Source of the DNA: a virus
Lineage: Duplodnaviria > Heunggongvirae > Uroviricota > Caudoviricetes
Reading direction: 5' to 3' (one strand)
Length of the DNA stretch: 18,058 nt
Virus record (IMG/VR): IMGVR_UViG_2695420538_000011
This document shows positions 8,579 through 16,232 of the stretch, piece by piece. Under the pieces are notes generated by a model. That model ran no database searches and was not told the DNA's origin. It saw nothing but the letters and a program-made list of their open reading frames with translations. A program made the position numbers and the translations under genes. Within the stretch, counting starts at the first letter, position 1, and every line of letters begins with the position of its first letter.

Positions 8579-9013
8579 ATGCGGAACAGAATCATGCCTG
8601 GTGTTTACATAGTAATAATTCCTTACGTTATCGTAAGCATTTGCTATCTCCTTTTCCGCCACTACATTCCTGGTGTTTCTTTTTCAGCTCATAGAGATGG
8701 TCTTGGGGCGACATTGTCATCATATGCAGGAACCATGATTGCAATCCTGATTGCTGCCTTGACGTTTCTAATCGGAAGCAGAACGCGCCGACTGGCCAAG
8801 ATTAGAGAGTATGGGTATATGACATCGGTAGTTATTGTCTATGCCCTTAGTTTTGTTGAGCTTGGAGCTTTGTTTTTCTGCGGGTTATTGCTTCTTTCCA
8901 GCATAAGCGGCTACATGATACCCACTATCGCCATCGGCATTGCCTCTGCATCGTTCATTCATATATGCATCCTTGTTTTCCAACTATATAATTTGACCAG
9001 AGAACAAGAATAA
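8579..9013 (+). CDS. rexB: RexB (membrane ion-channel partner of RexA)
   Basis: 144 aa with multiple hydrophobic helices, MRNRIMPGVYIVIIPYVIVSICYLLFRHYIPG..., matching lambda RexB as recalled. Confidence 0.95.
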   Translation: MRNRIMPGVYIVIIPYVIVSICYLLFRHYIPGVSFSAHRDGLGATLSSYAGTMIAILIAALTFLIGSRTRRLAKIREYGYMTSVVIVYALSFVELGALFFCGLLLLSSISGYMIPTIAIGIASASFIHICILVFQLYNLTREQE

Positions 9014-9039
9014 CCCGGCCTCAGCGCCGGGTTTTCTTT
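9014..9039 (+). terminator. Intrinsic terminator after rexB (timm)
   Basis: Hairpin CCCGGC-CTCAGC-GCCGGG followed by TTTTCTTT, immediately after the rexB stop codon. Confidence 0.75.
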
Positions 9040-9185
9040 GCCTCACGATCGCCCCAAAACACATAACCAATTGTATTTATTGAAAAATAAATAGATACAA
9101 CTCACTAAACATAGCAATTCAGATCTCTCACCTACCAAACAATGCCCCCCTGCAAAAAATAAATTCATATAAAAAACATACAGAT

Positions 9186-9256
9186 AACCATCTGCGGTGA
9201 TAAATTATCTCTGGCGGTGTTGACATAAATACCACCGGCGGTGATACTGAGCACAT
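9186..9256 (+). promoter_or_regulatory. Left operator OL3-OL2-OL1 with promoter pL
   Basis: OL3 is at 9186-9202, OL2 at 9206-9222 and OL1 at 9230-9246. pL has -35 TTGACA (9220-9225) and -10 GATACT (9243-9248) with a 17-bp spacer, driving plus-strand transcription into N. Confidence 0.9.
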
Positions 9257-9287
9257 CAGCAGGACGCACTGACCACCATGAAGGTGA

Positions 9288-9318
9288 TGCTCTTAAAAAT
9301 TAAGCCCTGAAGAAGGGC
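9288..9318 (+). promoter_or_regulatory. nutL (boxA and boxB)
   Basis: boxA-like GCTCTTAAAAA (9288-9298) is followed by the boxB hairpin GCCCTGAAGAAGGGC (9304-9318). Confidence 0.75.
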
Positions 9319-9490
9319 AGCATTCAAAGCAGAAGGCTTTGGGGTGTGGTGAAGGGTTCATGGATGGGAATATGTCGCACGTAAAGCGGCGAGGCCTGCG
9401 GAACTATTGCCGAATTGAAGTCGGCCGAAGCAGGTCGAAATGGGTCTCCCACCTACCACACCACCAAAGCTAACTGACAGGAGAATCCAG

Positions 9491-9817
9491 ATGGATGCAC
9501 AAACACGCCGCCGCGAACGTCGCGCAGAGAAACAGGCTCAATGGAAAGCAGCAAATCCCCTGTTGGTTGGGGTAAGCGCAAAACCAGTTAACCGCCCTAT
9601 TCTCTCGCTGAATCGCAAACCGAAATCACGAGTAGAAAGCGCACTGAATCCGATAGACCTTACGGCGCTGGCTGAATACCACGAACAGATTGAAAGCAAC
9701 CTGCAACGTATTGAGCGCAAGAATCAGCGCACATGGTACAGCAAGCCACGCAGTGAAATGGGCGTGACTTGTGTTGGTCGCCAGAAAATGAAATTAGGCA
9801 GCAAACCACTTATTTGA
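9491..9817 (+). CDS. N: Antiterminator N (lambda-type, variant C-terminus)
   Basis: Start is at the internal Met (MDAQTRRRERRAEKQAQWKAANPLLVGVSAKPVNRPILSLNRKPKSRVESALNPIDL...), containing the arginine-rich boxB-binding motif. The last ~25 residues differ from lambda N as I recall it. Confidence 0.9.
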   Translation: MDAQTRRRERRAEKQAQWKAANPLLVGVSAKPVNRPILSLNRKPKSRVESALNPIDLTALAEYHEQIESNLQRIERKNQRTWYSKPRSEMGVTCVGRQKMKLGSKPLI

Positions 9818-9825
9818 GGTGAGAT

Positions 9826-10296
9826 ATGACAAAATCATGGAGCGTACCTTTTCCTGAATCAGAAACTGAACATGATGGAATGCCTGTTTTCTGGAGATTC
9901 CAGGCGACAGTTGAAGAAGATGGAATCAAAATATTCGCACTTCAATATATAGCTTTTCATCAGACAGAGCATTATGCATGGTTGGTTCCTGCGCATTGGA
10001 TTGTTGATTTTAAACCAGCACCAAATCAGTGGTTACAGGAATGGAAACAAAAGAGAAATAGATATGCAATTAAGAAAGTAGCAAAAAATGCAGAAAGATC
10101 TTTTGCATTCCCAACGAAGAAACTTGCCATTGAAAGTTTATTGCGCCGGAAGAAATACCATTTAATGAGAATCAAACAAGATTTGGCTGTTGTATCAACT
10201 CTTGTTGATGGGATGAAGAATATTGATACATCAACACCAGATATTGAATATAACTTTGGACACAACCAAGAAACAGAAAATTGGGTATTTTATTAG
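9826..10296 (+). CDS. Hypothetical protein, 156 aa; AT-rich accessory gene (moron) fused directly behind N
   Basis: ATG at 9826 with ribosome-binding site GAGGTGA, 8 nt after the N stop. Base composition is markedly more AT-rich than the surrounding lambda backbone. No catalytic or transmembrane motif is recognisable. Confidence 0.7.
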   Translation: MTKSWSVPFPESETEHDGMPVFWRFQATVEEDGIKIFALQYIAFHQTEHYAWLVPAHWIVDFKPAPNQWLQEWKQKRNRYAIKKVAKNAERSFAFPTKKLAIESLLRRKKYHLMRIKQDLAVVSTLVDGMKNIDTSTPDIEYNFGHNQETENWVFY

Positions 10297-10400
10297 TACA
10301 AATAAGCACTGTGTATTCATTCCAACGAGTGAATACACGGAGCAATGTCGCTCGTAACTAAACAGGAGCCGACTTGTTCTGATTATTGGAAATCTTCTTT

Positions 10401-10428
10401 GCCCTCCAGTGTGAGGGCGATTTTTTTG
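10401..10428 (+). terminator. Intrinsic terminator (N-antiterminable, tL1-like position)
   Basis: Hairpin GCCCTC-CAGTGT-GAGGGC (10401-10418) followed by GATTTTTTT. Confidence 0.65.
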
Positions 10429-10439
10429 ATGGAGGATAT

Positions 10440-11408
10440 ATGAGTGAAGTAACAGATTTAGTTGTTATTGAAAAAGCAAATGCAATGACTGTATTTCAGT
10501 CTGCCGACCAGATTGAAGAAATCCTTCAAAAGGTTGAACGTGAAGTTATGTCCTTTGTGCCTGATATCACAACGGCAAAGGGCAGAAAGGAGATCGCTTC
10601 TCTGGCGTATAAAGTTGCGCAGACGAAAACATATCTCGATGGTCTTGGCAAAGACCTTGTTGCTGAACTGAAGGAAATTCCAAAGCTAATTGATGCCAAC
10701 CGCAAGACAGTGCGCGATCGCCTTGATGAACTGAAAGCCAAGGCGCGCCAGCCTCTTACTGATTATGAGGAAGAACAGGCGCGGATTAAAGCCGAAGAAG
10801 AAGCTAAGGCAGCAGCTGAAGCTCTCGCAAAGCAAATTGAGTCTGACCATGAAATAGCGATTTTGATGGATCGCGAATTTGACCGCCAAAGAGAAGAGGC
10901 AAGACTCAAAGCGGAGCAGGAAAAGCGAGAGTATGAAGAACGCTTAAAAAGAGAAGCTGAAGAGAAAGCCAGAGCTGAAGCCGAAGCAAAGGCAAAAGCA
11001 GAAATTGAAGCAGCAGCAAGGCGAGAAGCAGAAGCTAAGGCCGCAGCGGAACGTGCAGAGCGTGAACGCATTGAAGCCGAGCAACGAGCACAGCGCGAAG
11101 CAAAAGAGGCAGCAGAACGAGCTGAAAGAGAAAAGCAGGCGGCAATTGAAGCAGAACGCCGAAAAGCACAGGAGGAGGCTGAACGAATCCGGCGCGAAGC
11201 TGAAGCAAAAGAGCAAGCCAGAATAGCAGAAGAAAAAAGAATCAAGGACGAAGAAGAGCGTAGAGCAAAGGATAAAGCTCACCGGAAAGAAGTAAATAAC
11301 AAAATACTTGCTGACCTTATCAAGGTTGGTGCATCAGAAGATGTTGCTAAAAATATCATAACAGCCATCGTAAAAGGCGAAGTATTCGCAACAAAAATAA
11401 CCTACTAA
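10440..11408 (+). CDS. Hypothetical protein, 322 aa, with a long central E/A/K/R-rich coiled coil (TolA-like low complexity)
   Basis: Start is taken at ATG 10440 (ribosome-binding site GGAGGA at 10431-10436); the track ORF begins upstream at 10386 and would run through the terminator hairpin. A roughly 110-aa N-terminal globular region is followed by about 170 aa of EAEAKAKAEIEAAARREAEAK-type repeats and a roughly 45-aa C-terminal domain. Confidence 0.7.
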   Translation: MSEVTDLVVIEKANAMTVFQSADQIEEILQKVEREVMSFVPDITTAKGRKEIASLAYKVAQTKTYLDGLGKDLVAELKEIPKLIDANRKTVRDRLDELKAKARQPLTDYEEEQARIKAEEEAKAAAEALAKQIESDHEIAILMDREFDRQREEARLKAEQEKREYEERLKREAEEKARAEAEAKAKAEIEAAARREAEAKAAAERAERERIEAEQRAQREAKEAAERAEREKQAAIEAERRKAQEEAERIRREAEAKEQARIAEEKRIKDEEERRAKDKAHRKEVNNKILADLIKVGASEDVAKNIITAIVKGEVFATKITY

Positions 11409-11432
11409 TAAAACCAACATAAGGAACCACCC

Positions 11433-11564
11433 ATGATTTACGCAATCGCGGGAGGCGCTCGCATGGGTGCCTTCCAATTAAATGAATCTTTACTTGAACG
11501 AATCACCCGTAAATTACGTGACGGATGGAAAAGAGTTGAAGTCTTATTATGCGCAATGAAATAG
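11433..11564 (+). CDS. cIII: cIII-like protein (FtsH/HflB inhibitor), 43 aa
   Basis: My own translation gives MIYAIAGGARMGAFQLNESLLERITRKLRDGWKRVEVLLCAMK. The ESLLERITRKLRDGWKR core matches the lambda cIII amphipathic helix as recalled. Ribosome-binding site is AAGGAA. The ORF is below the track cutoff. Confidence 0.7.
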   Translation: MIYAIAGGARMGAFQLNESLLERITRKLRDGWKRVEVLLCAMK

Positions 11565-11701
11565 CCATCAATCACCAGATGCTTCGTGCTGCACAGAACA
11601 AAGCAGTAATAGCAAGATTTATTGGTGATTCCAAAATGTGGCTTGAAGCAAATAAAGCGATGAAATCAGCGATCAACATTCCGTGGTATCGCAGGAAATG
11701 A
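11549..11701 (+). CDS. Kil-like small protein, 50 aa
   Basis: My own translation gives MRNEIAINHQMLRAAQNKAVIARFIGDSKMWLEANKAMKSAINIPWYRRK. It overlaps the cIII 3' end as lambda kil does. Similarity to lambda Kil is from vague recall only. Confidence 0.45.
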   Translation: MRNEIAINHQMLRAAQNKAVIARFIGDSKMWLEANKAMKSAINIPWYRRK

Positions 11702-11805
11702 GTTTTACAGATAACTGGTCAGACGAAGAATTCATTCGTCAGATGAAAGAAATGCTCAATCAGCACAAAGAACAGGAGAAAGATGATGATTCTGACTCTG
11801 AATGA
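11698..11805 (+). CDS. Possible small acidic ORF, 35 aa
   Basis: ATGA overlap with the kil-like stop; translation MSFTDNWSDEEFIRQMKEMLNQHKEQEKDDDSDSE. It overlaps the start of the next gene out of frame and has no other support. Confidence 0.3.
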   Translation: MSFTDNWSDEEFIRQMKEMLNQHKEQEKDDDSDSE

Positions 11806-12094
11806 TAAGCGTGAAATATCGCAAATTATCGCAAGTTTTACTGATGAAGATTACGAACGAATCAACAGTGAAGTTGATCGCCTCTGCAAACGTTGCGACC
11901 CAATAAGCGAAATGCTTCGCTCATATAAACCAGATGAACACACTAAGGACGCTATCGACTGGCTGGAAGATGATGACTGTAACTATCAGGAAAAAGCCGC
12001 TGAATGGTTCTGGGATGCAATAACCGAAAGAGTTAAGGCTGAATATGCCTTCGCAATATTCAAGCGCAGACACATTTTTGGAGAAGCAGCATGA
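11783..12094 (+). CDS. Hypothetical acidic protein, 103 aa, at the position lambda gam occupies
   Basis: Ribosome-binding site AGGAG at 11774-11778, with ATG at 11783 or 11786. D/E-rich sequence with no resemblance to lambda Gam. The stop overlaps the RecT start (ATGA). Confidence 0.6.
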   Translation: MMILTLNDKREISQIIASFTDEDYERINSEVDRLCKRCDPISEMLRSYKPDEHTKDAIDWLEDDDCNYQEKAAEWFWDAITERVKAEYAFAIFKRRHIFGEAA

Positions 12095-13002
12095 GCAATA
12101 TCGTTGAATTCGTTAAACAGCAGGAGCAGTTATTCTGCGGAGCATTGACTGAACAGACGGTGACATGGGCTAAGGAAAGCCAGTTTGCAATTCAGTATTT
12201 CCAGAAAAACGATTACCTGGCTAAAACAGCACTGGCAAATCCAACCAGCGCACAGAACGCCATCATCAATGTTGCGGCGATCGGCATCACCTTAAACCCG
12301 GCCAGCAAACTGGCTTATCTGGTTCCTCGCGACGGCATGGTGTGCCTTGATATCAGTTATATGGGATTGCTCCATATTGCAATGGAGTCTGGTGTTATCT
12401 CATGGGGTCAGGCAAAACTTGTTCATGCTAACGATACCTATGAGTCAAACGGGCTTGATAAAGCACCAACCCATAAATACAACGCCTTCGGTGATCGTGG
12501 TGATATCGTTGGCGTTTACTGCACAGTTAAGACGCCAGCAGGTGATTATCTAACGGAAGAGATGAGTCTGGCTGAAATTGAGGCTGTAAGGAAAACAAGC
12601 AAGGCGGCATTCAGCGATAAAGGACCATGGGTAAATCACTGGAATGAGATGGCGCGAAAGACGGTCGTAAAGCGTGCAAGCAAGTATTGGCCTAAGGCAT
12701 CACGTCTTGATAGTGCTATTCACGTACTAAACGAAGAAGAAGGTGTGTGGACTGAACCAGTTATGCCGCACAAATCAGAGGAAGATATCCGCGAAGATGA
12801 ACGGAAACGCCAGCAGGAAATAATGGAAAAAGCACAACTTCTTTGTGATGAAATGGCTCAGGCTGAAAAAATGGATGATTTGAAGAGATATTTTGCAGAA
12901 GCATATCGCCTGACATCTGGAATGAAATTGCAGCAGAACATACAAGCCATTTACATAGAATGCAAAGCGAAACTGGAGGTTGCCAGTGAGCAAACTGTAT
13001 GA
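12091..13002 (+). CDS. recT: RecT-family single-strand annealing recombinase (replaces lambda Bet)
   Basis: 303 aa. The motif GPWVNHWNEMARKTVVKRASKYWP matches the conserved RecT signature (GPW..HW.EMA.KT...R..KY.P). Ribosome-binding site is GGAGAAG. Confidence 0.85.
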   Translation: MSNIVEFVKQQEQLFCGALTEQTVTWAKESQFAIQYFQKNDYLAKTALANPTSAQNAIINVAAIGITLNPASKLAYLVPRDGMVCLDISYMGLLHIAMESGVISWGQAKLVHANDTYESNGLDKAPTHKYNAFGDRGDIVGVYCTVKTPAGDYLTEEMSLAEIEAVRKTSKAAFSDKGPWVNHWNEMARKTVVKRASKYWPKASRLDSAIHVLNEEEGVWTEPVMPHKSEEDIREDERKRQQEIMEKAQLLCDEMAQAEKMDDLKRYFAEAYRLTSGMKLQQNIQAIYIECKAKLEVASEQTV

Positions 13003-13468
13003 AATAGCCAATGAATACGCAAAATTGATGGATTCAGATTTAGAACCAGAGATGATTGCTGACACAATAGAAGGCATGGAAGGAGAATTTACCGATAAAA
13101 TAGAGCAACTTCTTTCCGTCATTAAAAATGAATCTGGTTATGCTGAACGCCTCAAGGAAGAGGCAAAGTCACTTAATGAGCGAGCCGCAGTAATCCAAAA
13201 TAAGATTGACAGCATCAAATCATATATAGCGTCATCGCTTGAAATGGTTGGCAAGAAAAATATTCGAGCAGGTATTCACCAGGTAACAATCCGCAAACCG
13301 TCAGAAATTGTAGAAATAATCGACTCAAGCGCCCTTCCTCCTGAATACGTTGAGTTTGAAACGACAATTAAAGCCGACAAACTGGCAATCAAACACCAAC
13401 TAAAAGCAGGAATAAATATCCCCGGCGCTCAACTCAAAGTTGGGAAACCTTCACTTCTTATCAAATAA
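12986..13468 (+). CDS. Hypothetical protein, about 160 aa, possibly Gp157-family (recombination-module-associated)
   Basis: The track lists this from 12980 (a TTG codon); GTG 12986 has better spacing to the GGAGG ribosome-binding site. The protein is coiled-coil-rich with an MSKLYEIANEY start. The family assignment is tentative and from memory. Confidence 0.5.
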   Translation: MSKLYEIANEYAKLMDSDLEPEMIADTIEGMEGEFTDKIEQLLSVIKNESGYAERLKEEAKSLNERAAVIQNKIDSIKSYIASSLEMVGKKNIRAGIHQVTIRKPSEIVEIIDSSALPPEYVEFETTIKADKLAIKHQLKAGINIPGAQLKVGKPSLLIK

Positions 13469-13479
13469 CGGTATCGCCT

Positions 13480-13794
13480 ATGAAAAAGACTCCATGGGAG
13501 AAATGGGAAGTCGATTTCTTGCGCGAGGTAGCGGCGACAATGCCAGTTGAAGTTATCGCAGAAAAACTGGAAAGGACTGAAAAAGCAGTAATGGCGAAAG
13601 CAACAAGGATTGGCGCTGACATTGTTAGCCGACTTCGTGGAAGACGCTGGACAAGAGCCGAAGTATCACTTTTCGGTAAGTTCTCCGCAGAAGAAATAGC
13701 AATTGCAACCTGCCGCTCAATTTATTCAGTAAGAGCTATGCGATACAAGCTAAAAAAACTCGATGAAGAAAGAGCAGGCATACGAATAAATTAA
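13480..13794 (+). CDS. Hypothetical protein, 104 aa, with an internal tandem duplication of a W-x3-EV...E(V/I)IA...R(T/S)..(A/S)V.A motif
   Basis: Residues 5-45 and 57-95 align to each other (WEKWEVDFLREVAATMPVEVIAEKLERTEKAVMAK versus WTRAEVSLFGKFSAEEIAIATCRSIYSVRAMRY). This may be a helical DNA- or RNA-binding repeat. Confidence 0.55.
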   Translation: MKKTPWEKWEVDFLREVAATMPVEVIAEKLERTEKAVMAKATRIGADIVSRLRGRRWTRAEVSLFGKFSAEEIAIATCRSIYSVRAMRYKLKKLDEERAGIRIN

Positions 13795-13810
13795 CATGGA
13801 ATAATTAACA

Positions 13811-14092
13811 ATGAAGCTAAACATCGACCTCGGAAAATACGTTATTACCGGAACCAAACACGACCTGATTCTTAGCGAAAGAGGAATTATCAAAGAAGGC
13901 GAGAATGCAGGGAAAGAAACACTAAGTCGTATCGGTTATTACAGCAAGTTTGAGCATCTGGTTAAAGAGTTATGCAACCGTGAAATCCTGTTATCTCAGG
14001 CGCAGACGCTACAGGATATTCAGCAGCATATCGAGACTTTAGGTGTATCACTTAGCATGGCTGTTGACCAGTTCATGGAGAGTAAATCATGA
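13811..14092 (+). CDS. Hypothetical protein, 93 aa
   Basis: ORF in the supplied track; its stop overlaps the next start (ATGA). No recognisable motif. Confidence 0.5.
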   Translation: MKLNIDLGKYVITGTKHDLILSERGIIKEGENAGKETLSRIGYYSKFEHLVKELCNREILLSQAQTLQDIQQHIETLGVSLSMAVDQFMESKS

Positions 14093-14256
14093 GAGGACTT
14101 GCATACAATCCCGGCATTCTTCCGGCAGAAATGATTATTCGCCAACGCGTAAAGCCAATGCCATCGAGAGAGGAATTGCTTAAGCGAAACTCGTTTCCAT
14201 CAGTGAATCAGAACAAATATCTGAATGCGATGTGGCGTAAAGGAGGCAAACAGTGA
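14089..14256 (+). CDS. Hypothetical small protein, 55 aa
   Basis: My own translation gives [55 protein letters not shown]. Ribosome-binding site GGAGAG; ATGA and GTGA coupling on both sides. Confidence 0.45.
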   Translation: MRGLAYNPGILPAEMIIRQRVKPMPSREELLKRNSFPSVNQNKYLNAMWRKGGKQ

Positions 14257-14501
14257 GCAATTCAGCACGACTACAGCTTGGTTTTTCACCGCTATCAAAA
14301 ACAATCGTGTTGGCAAAAATGCGTGACTTAGGGGATGGAACAAAACGTCGTGTCGGCAATGATCGCGGTCGCGATGTAACCAACGAGGCCGCACAACTCG
14401 TTTGGCATCTAGTCATGGCTGAAGGCGGTGAAATTAATTGGGAGCTGGATGATGGTTCTCGCATGGTATTGAAGGCAGAAAAGCAGGAGCCTCCACAGTG
14501 A
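14253..14501 (+). CDS. Hypothetical protein, 82 aa (GTG start)
   Basis: Ribosome-binding site AGGAGG at 14241-14246 with GTG at 14253. It is translationally coupled to its neighbours. Confidence 0.5.
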   Translation: MSNSARLQLGFSPLSKTIVLAKMRDLGDGTKRRVGNDRGRDVTNEAAQLVWHLVMAEGGEINWELDDGSRMVLKAEKQEPPQ

Positions 14502-14773
14502 ATATCGACACCACGATAACGATCGATACGGCCCTAAATACCGGACTGGCACTTCTCGGTTGGCTTTACATCATGTCCAGTACATGGCGATGGCTGGGTT
14601 CCATTTTCCTAAAACAGTGGAAAAAACGGCGCAAACAGGAACTACGCCAGAAGGCATTAGAAGCGTTCTATGACGCATTTGAACTTAGCCGCATAGAACC
14701 AGGCACAACAGCCAGGATAGCGACAAAAGGCGACCTGATGATAGTGATGTTCAGACAGGAGAAAACAAAATGA
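14498..14773 (+). CDS. Hypothetical small membrane protein, 91 aa (one predicted transmembrane helix, basic juxtamembrane segment)
   Basis: GTG start with ribosome-binding site AGGAG. The hydrophobic segment LNTGLALLGWLYIMSSTWRWLGSIFL is followed by KQWKKRRKQELRQK. Confidence 0.55.
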   Translation: MNIDTTITIDTALNTGLALLGWLYIMSSTWRWLGSIFLKQWKKRRKQELRQKALEAFYDAFELSRIEPGTTARIATKGDLMIVMFRQEKTK

Positions 14774-14994
14774 CAGAACAGACGATGACAAATCGCGAAC
14801 TTGTTGATGCCGCGATTGAACTTGCTGGCGATTTTTATTCCATGATGGGTTACGAGCATCGACCTGGTTTTAAGTATTGGGAGTCACCGCATCCGCAAGA
14901 ACAACAGGTGTTTGAAATGGCTTGCCGTGCTTTTGAGGTTATTCGCGGTTCTGATGTGATGGACGCCGTTGCCGACTTGGAGGATGAAGAGTGA
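14770..14994 (+). CDS. Hypothetical acidic protein, 74 aa
   Basis: ATGA overlap with the upstream gene; ribosome-binding site AGGAG; GTGA overlap with the downstream gene. Confidence 0.5.
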   Translation: MTEQTMTNRELVDAAIELAGDFYSMMGYEHRPGFKYWESPHPQEQQVFEMACRAFEVIRGSDVMDAVADLEDEE

Positions 14995-16232
14995 GCGAGA
15001 TTAACTATCAGGCACTGCGTGAAAAGGCAGAAAAAGCAACGTGGGGAGACTGGGACTCATATAAACCACACCGTGGCGCACGTGGTTATAAGGTCCGACT
15101 AAGTGGTCAGGCCATTGCGCAACACGTTCTGAAAAACAACGCTGAATTTATTGCTGCCTTTAATCCAAAGGTTGCTTTGGCATTACTGGATGAACTGGAA
15201 AGAAACCAGCAATACATAAAACGCCGCGACCAGGAGAACGAGGAAATTGCGCTAACGGTAGGGAAGCTGAGAGTTGAGCTTGAGGAAGTAAAACAACACG
15301 CTGAAGAATTATCCGAAACCAAGGCTGTTCGTAACCAATGGCGGCCAGATATTTGCCCAATAACCGGACGTGCATTTTTCATGTGGATTGAGCATCCAAC
15401 ATTGGGGAATGTGCCGACATATGGTGGCCCATTAGATAGTTACACCATTCCAACAAAGGACGGTGACGGTGAGTTTTCATGTGAGCGTTACGATCATGAT
15501 TTTGGCGGTTGGGTAGAAAGCGAATGTCTTGGGTTATATCTGATTGATGATAGAGAACAATGCAGGGTCTACGAACTGGAGGAACGCGTTAAGGAACTGG
15601 ATGCTCGGGAAATATCGCTCCCGGAACGTAGCAGCATGCTTCATCGAACAGATTTTCACGATGATTACCAAACGGTAATGGCATACAAAGTTTCTGAAGT
15701 CATCGCTGCAATCCGCGCCGCCATGCTTCAGTCCGGAAACTTTCGGGAAAACAAGAATTCGTCAACCAATAATTTTCGGGAAATCGCGGAAACGTCAACC
15801 AACTATCCGGCAATTCCTAGTGAGGTGTTGTCCGCAATCCTGAAGGTTGCCAGGATTCGTGCCGATTTCGATGATTTTGACGGTGACAGGCGAGGTATCG
15901 GTGATTGTCTGGATGAGGCTGAGCAAGAGCTTATCGTTACCATTAACAAATATGCCAGTCAGTTGGCAGCAGAACCTATAGCGCCTAATGACGTTCGAGA
16001 GCAGACAGCCATTCCACAAGTTCCGGTAACTCCGGATGGTTGGATAAGCTGTAGTGAGCAAATGCCCGCTCAAGATGATTGGATTTTAATTTATTCAAAG
16101 CACGGCGAGTATATGGCAGGACAGGTACAAGGGGAATACGTGGAGTTGAGCGACGGCACTTTATCGTGGTTAGGGAACGCCTTGTACTGGATGCCGCTAC
16201 CAGAACCGCCGCAGGAGGTTAACCGTGGCTAA
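14991..16232 (+). CDS. Ead/Ea22-like protein with a C-terminal DUF551-like domain, 413 aa
   Basis: GTG start with ribosome-binding site GGAGGA. The N-terminus MSEINYQALREKAEKATWGDW and the C-terminus WISCSEQMPAQDDWILIY...YWMPLPEPP resemble the Ead/Ea22 and DUF551 families common in enterobacterial prophages, assigned from memory. Confidence 0.7.
   Translation: MSEINYQALREKAEKATWGDWDSYKPHRGARGYKVRLSGQAIAQHVLKNNAEFIAAFNPKVALALLDELERNQQYIKRRDQENEEIALTVGKLRVELEEVKQHAEELSETKAVRNQWRPDICPITGRAFFMWIEHPTLGNVPTYGGPLDSYTIPTKDGDGEFSCERYDHDFGGWVESECLGLYLIDDREQCRVYELEERVKELDAREISLPERSSMLHRTDFHDDYQTVMAYKVSEVIAAIRAAMLQSGNFRENKNSSTNNFREIAETSTNYPAIPSEVLSAILKVARIRADFDDFDGDRRGIGDCLDEAEQELIVTINKYASQLAAEPIAPNDVREQTAIPQVPVTPDGWISCSEQMPAQDDWILIYSKHGEYMAGQVQGEYVELSDGTLSWLGNALYWMPLPEPPQEVNRG

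Noticed and set aside
9230-9246. Apparent single-base difference in OL1 (CCGGCGG versus the CTGGCGG I remember for lambda)
   Set aside because: I cannot verify single-nucleotide identity from memory; it could be a natural operator variant or a recall error. It needs direct alignment to the lambda sequence.
10763-11282. Long minus-strand ORFs (160 aa and 112 aa) inside the coiled-coil gene
   Set aside because: They are low-complexity Ser/Ala/Cys/Phe-rich translations of the antisense of a GAA/GCA-repeat coding region. They lack ribosome-binding sites and are artefacts of repetitive codon composition.
12980-12985. TTG at 12980 as the start of the gene after recT, as listed in the ORF track
   Set aside because: TTG abuts the GGAGG ribosome-binding site with zero spacing; GTG at 12986 has proper spacing, so the start was moved.
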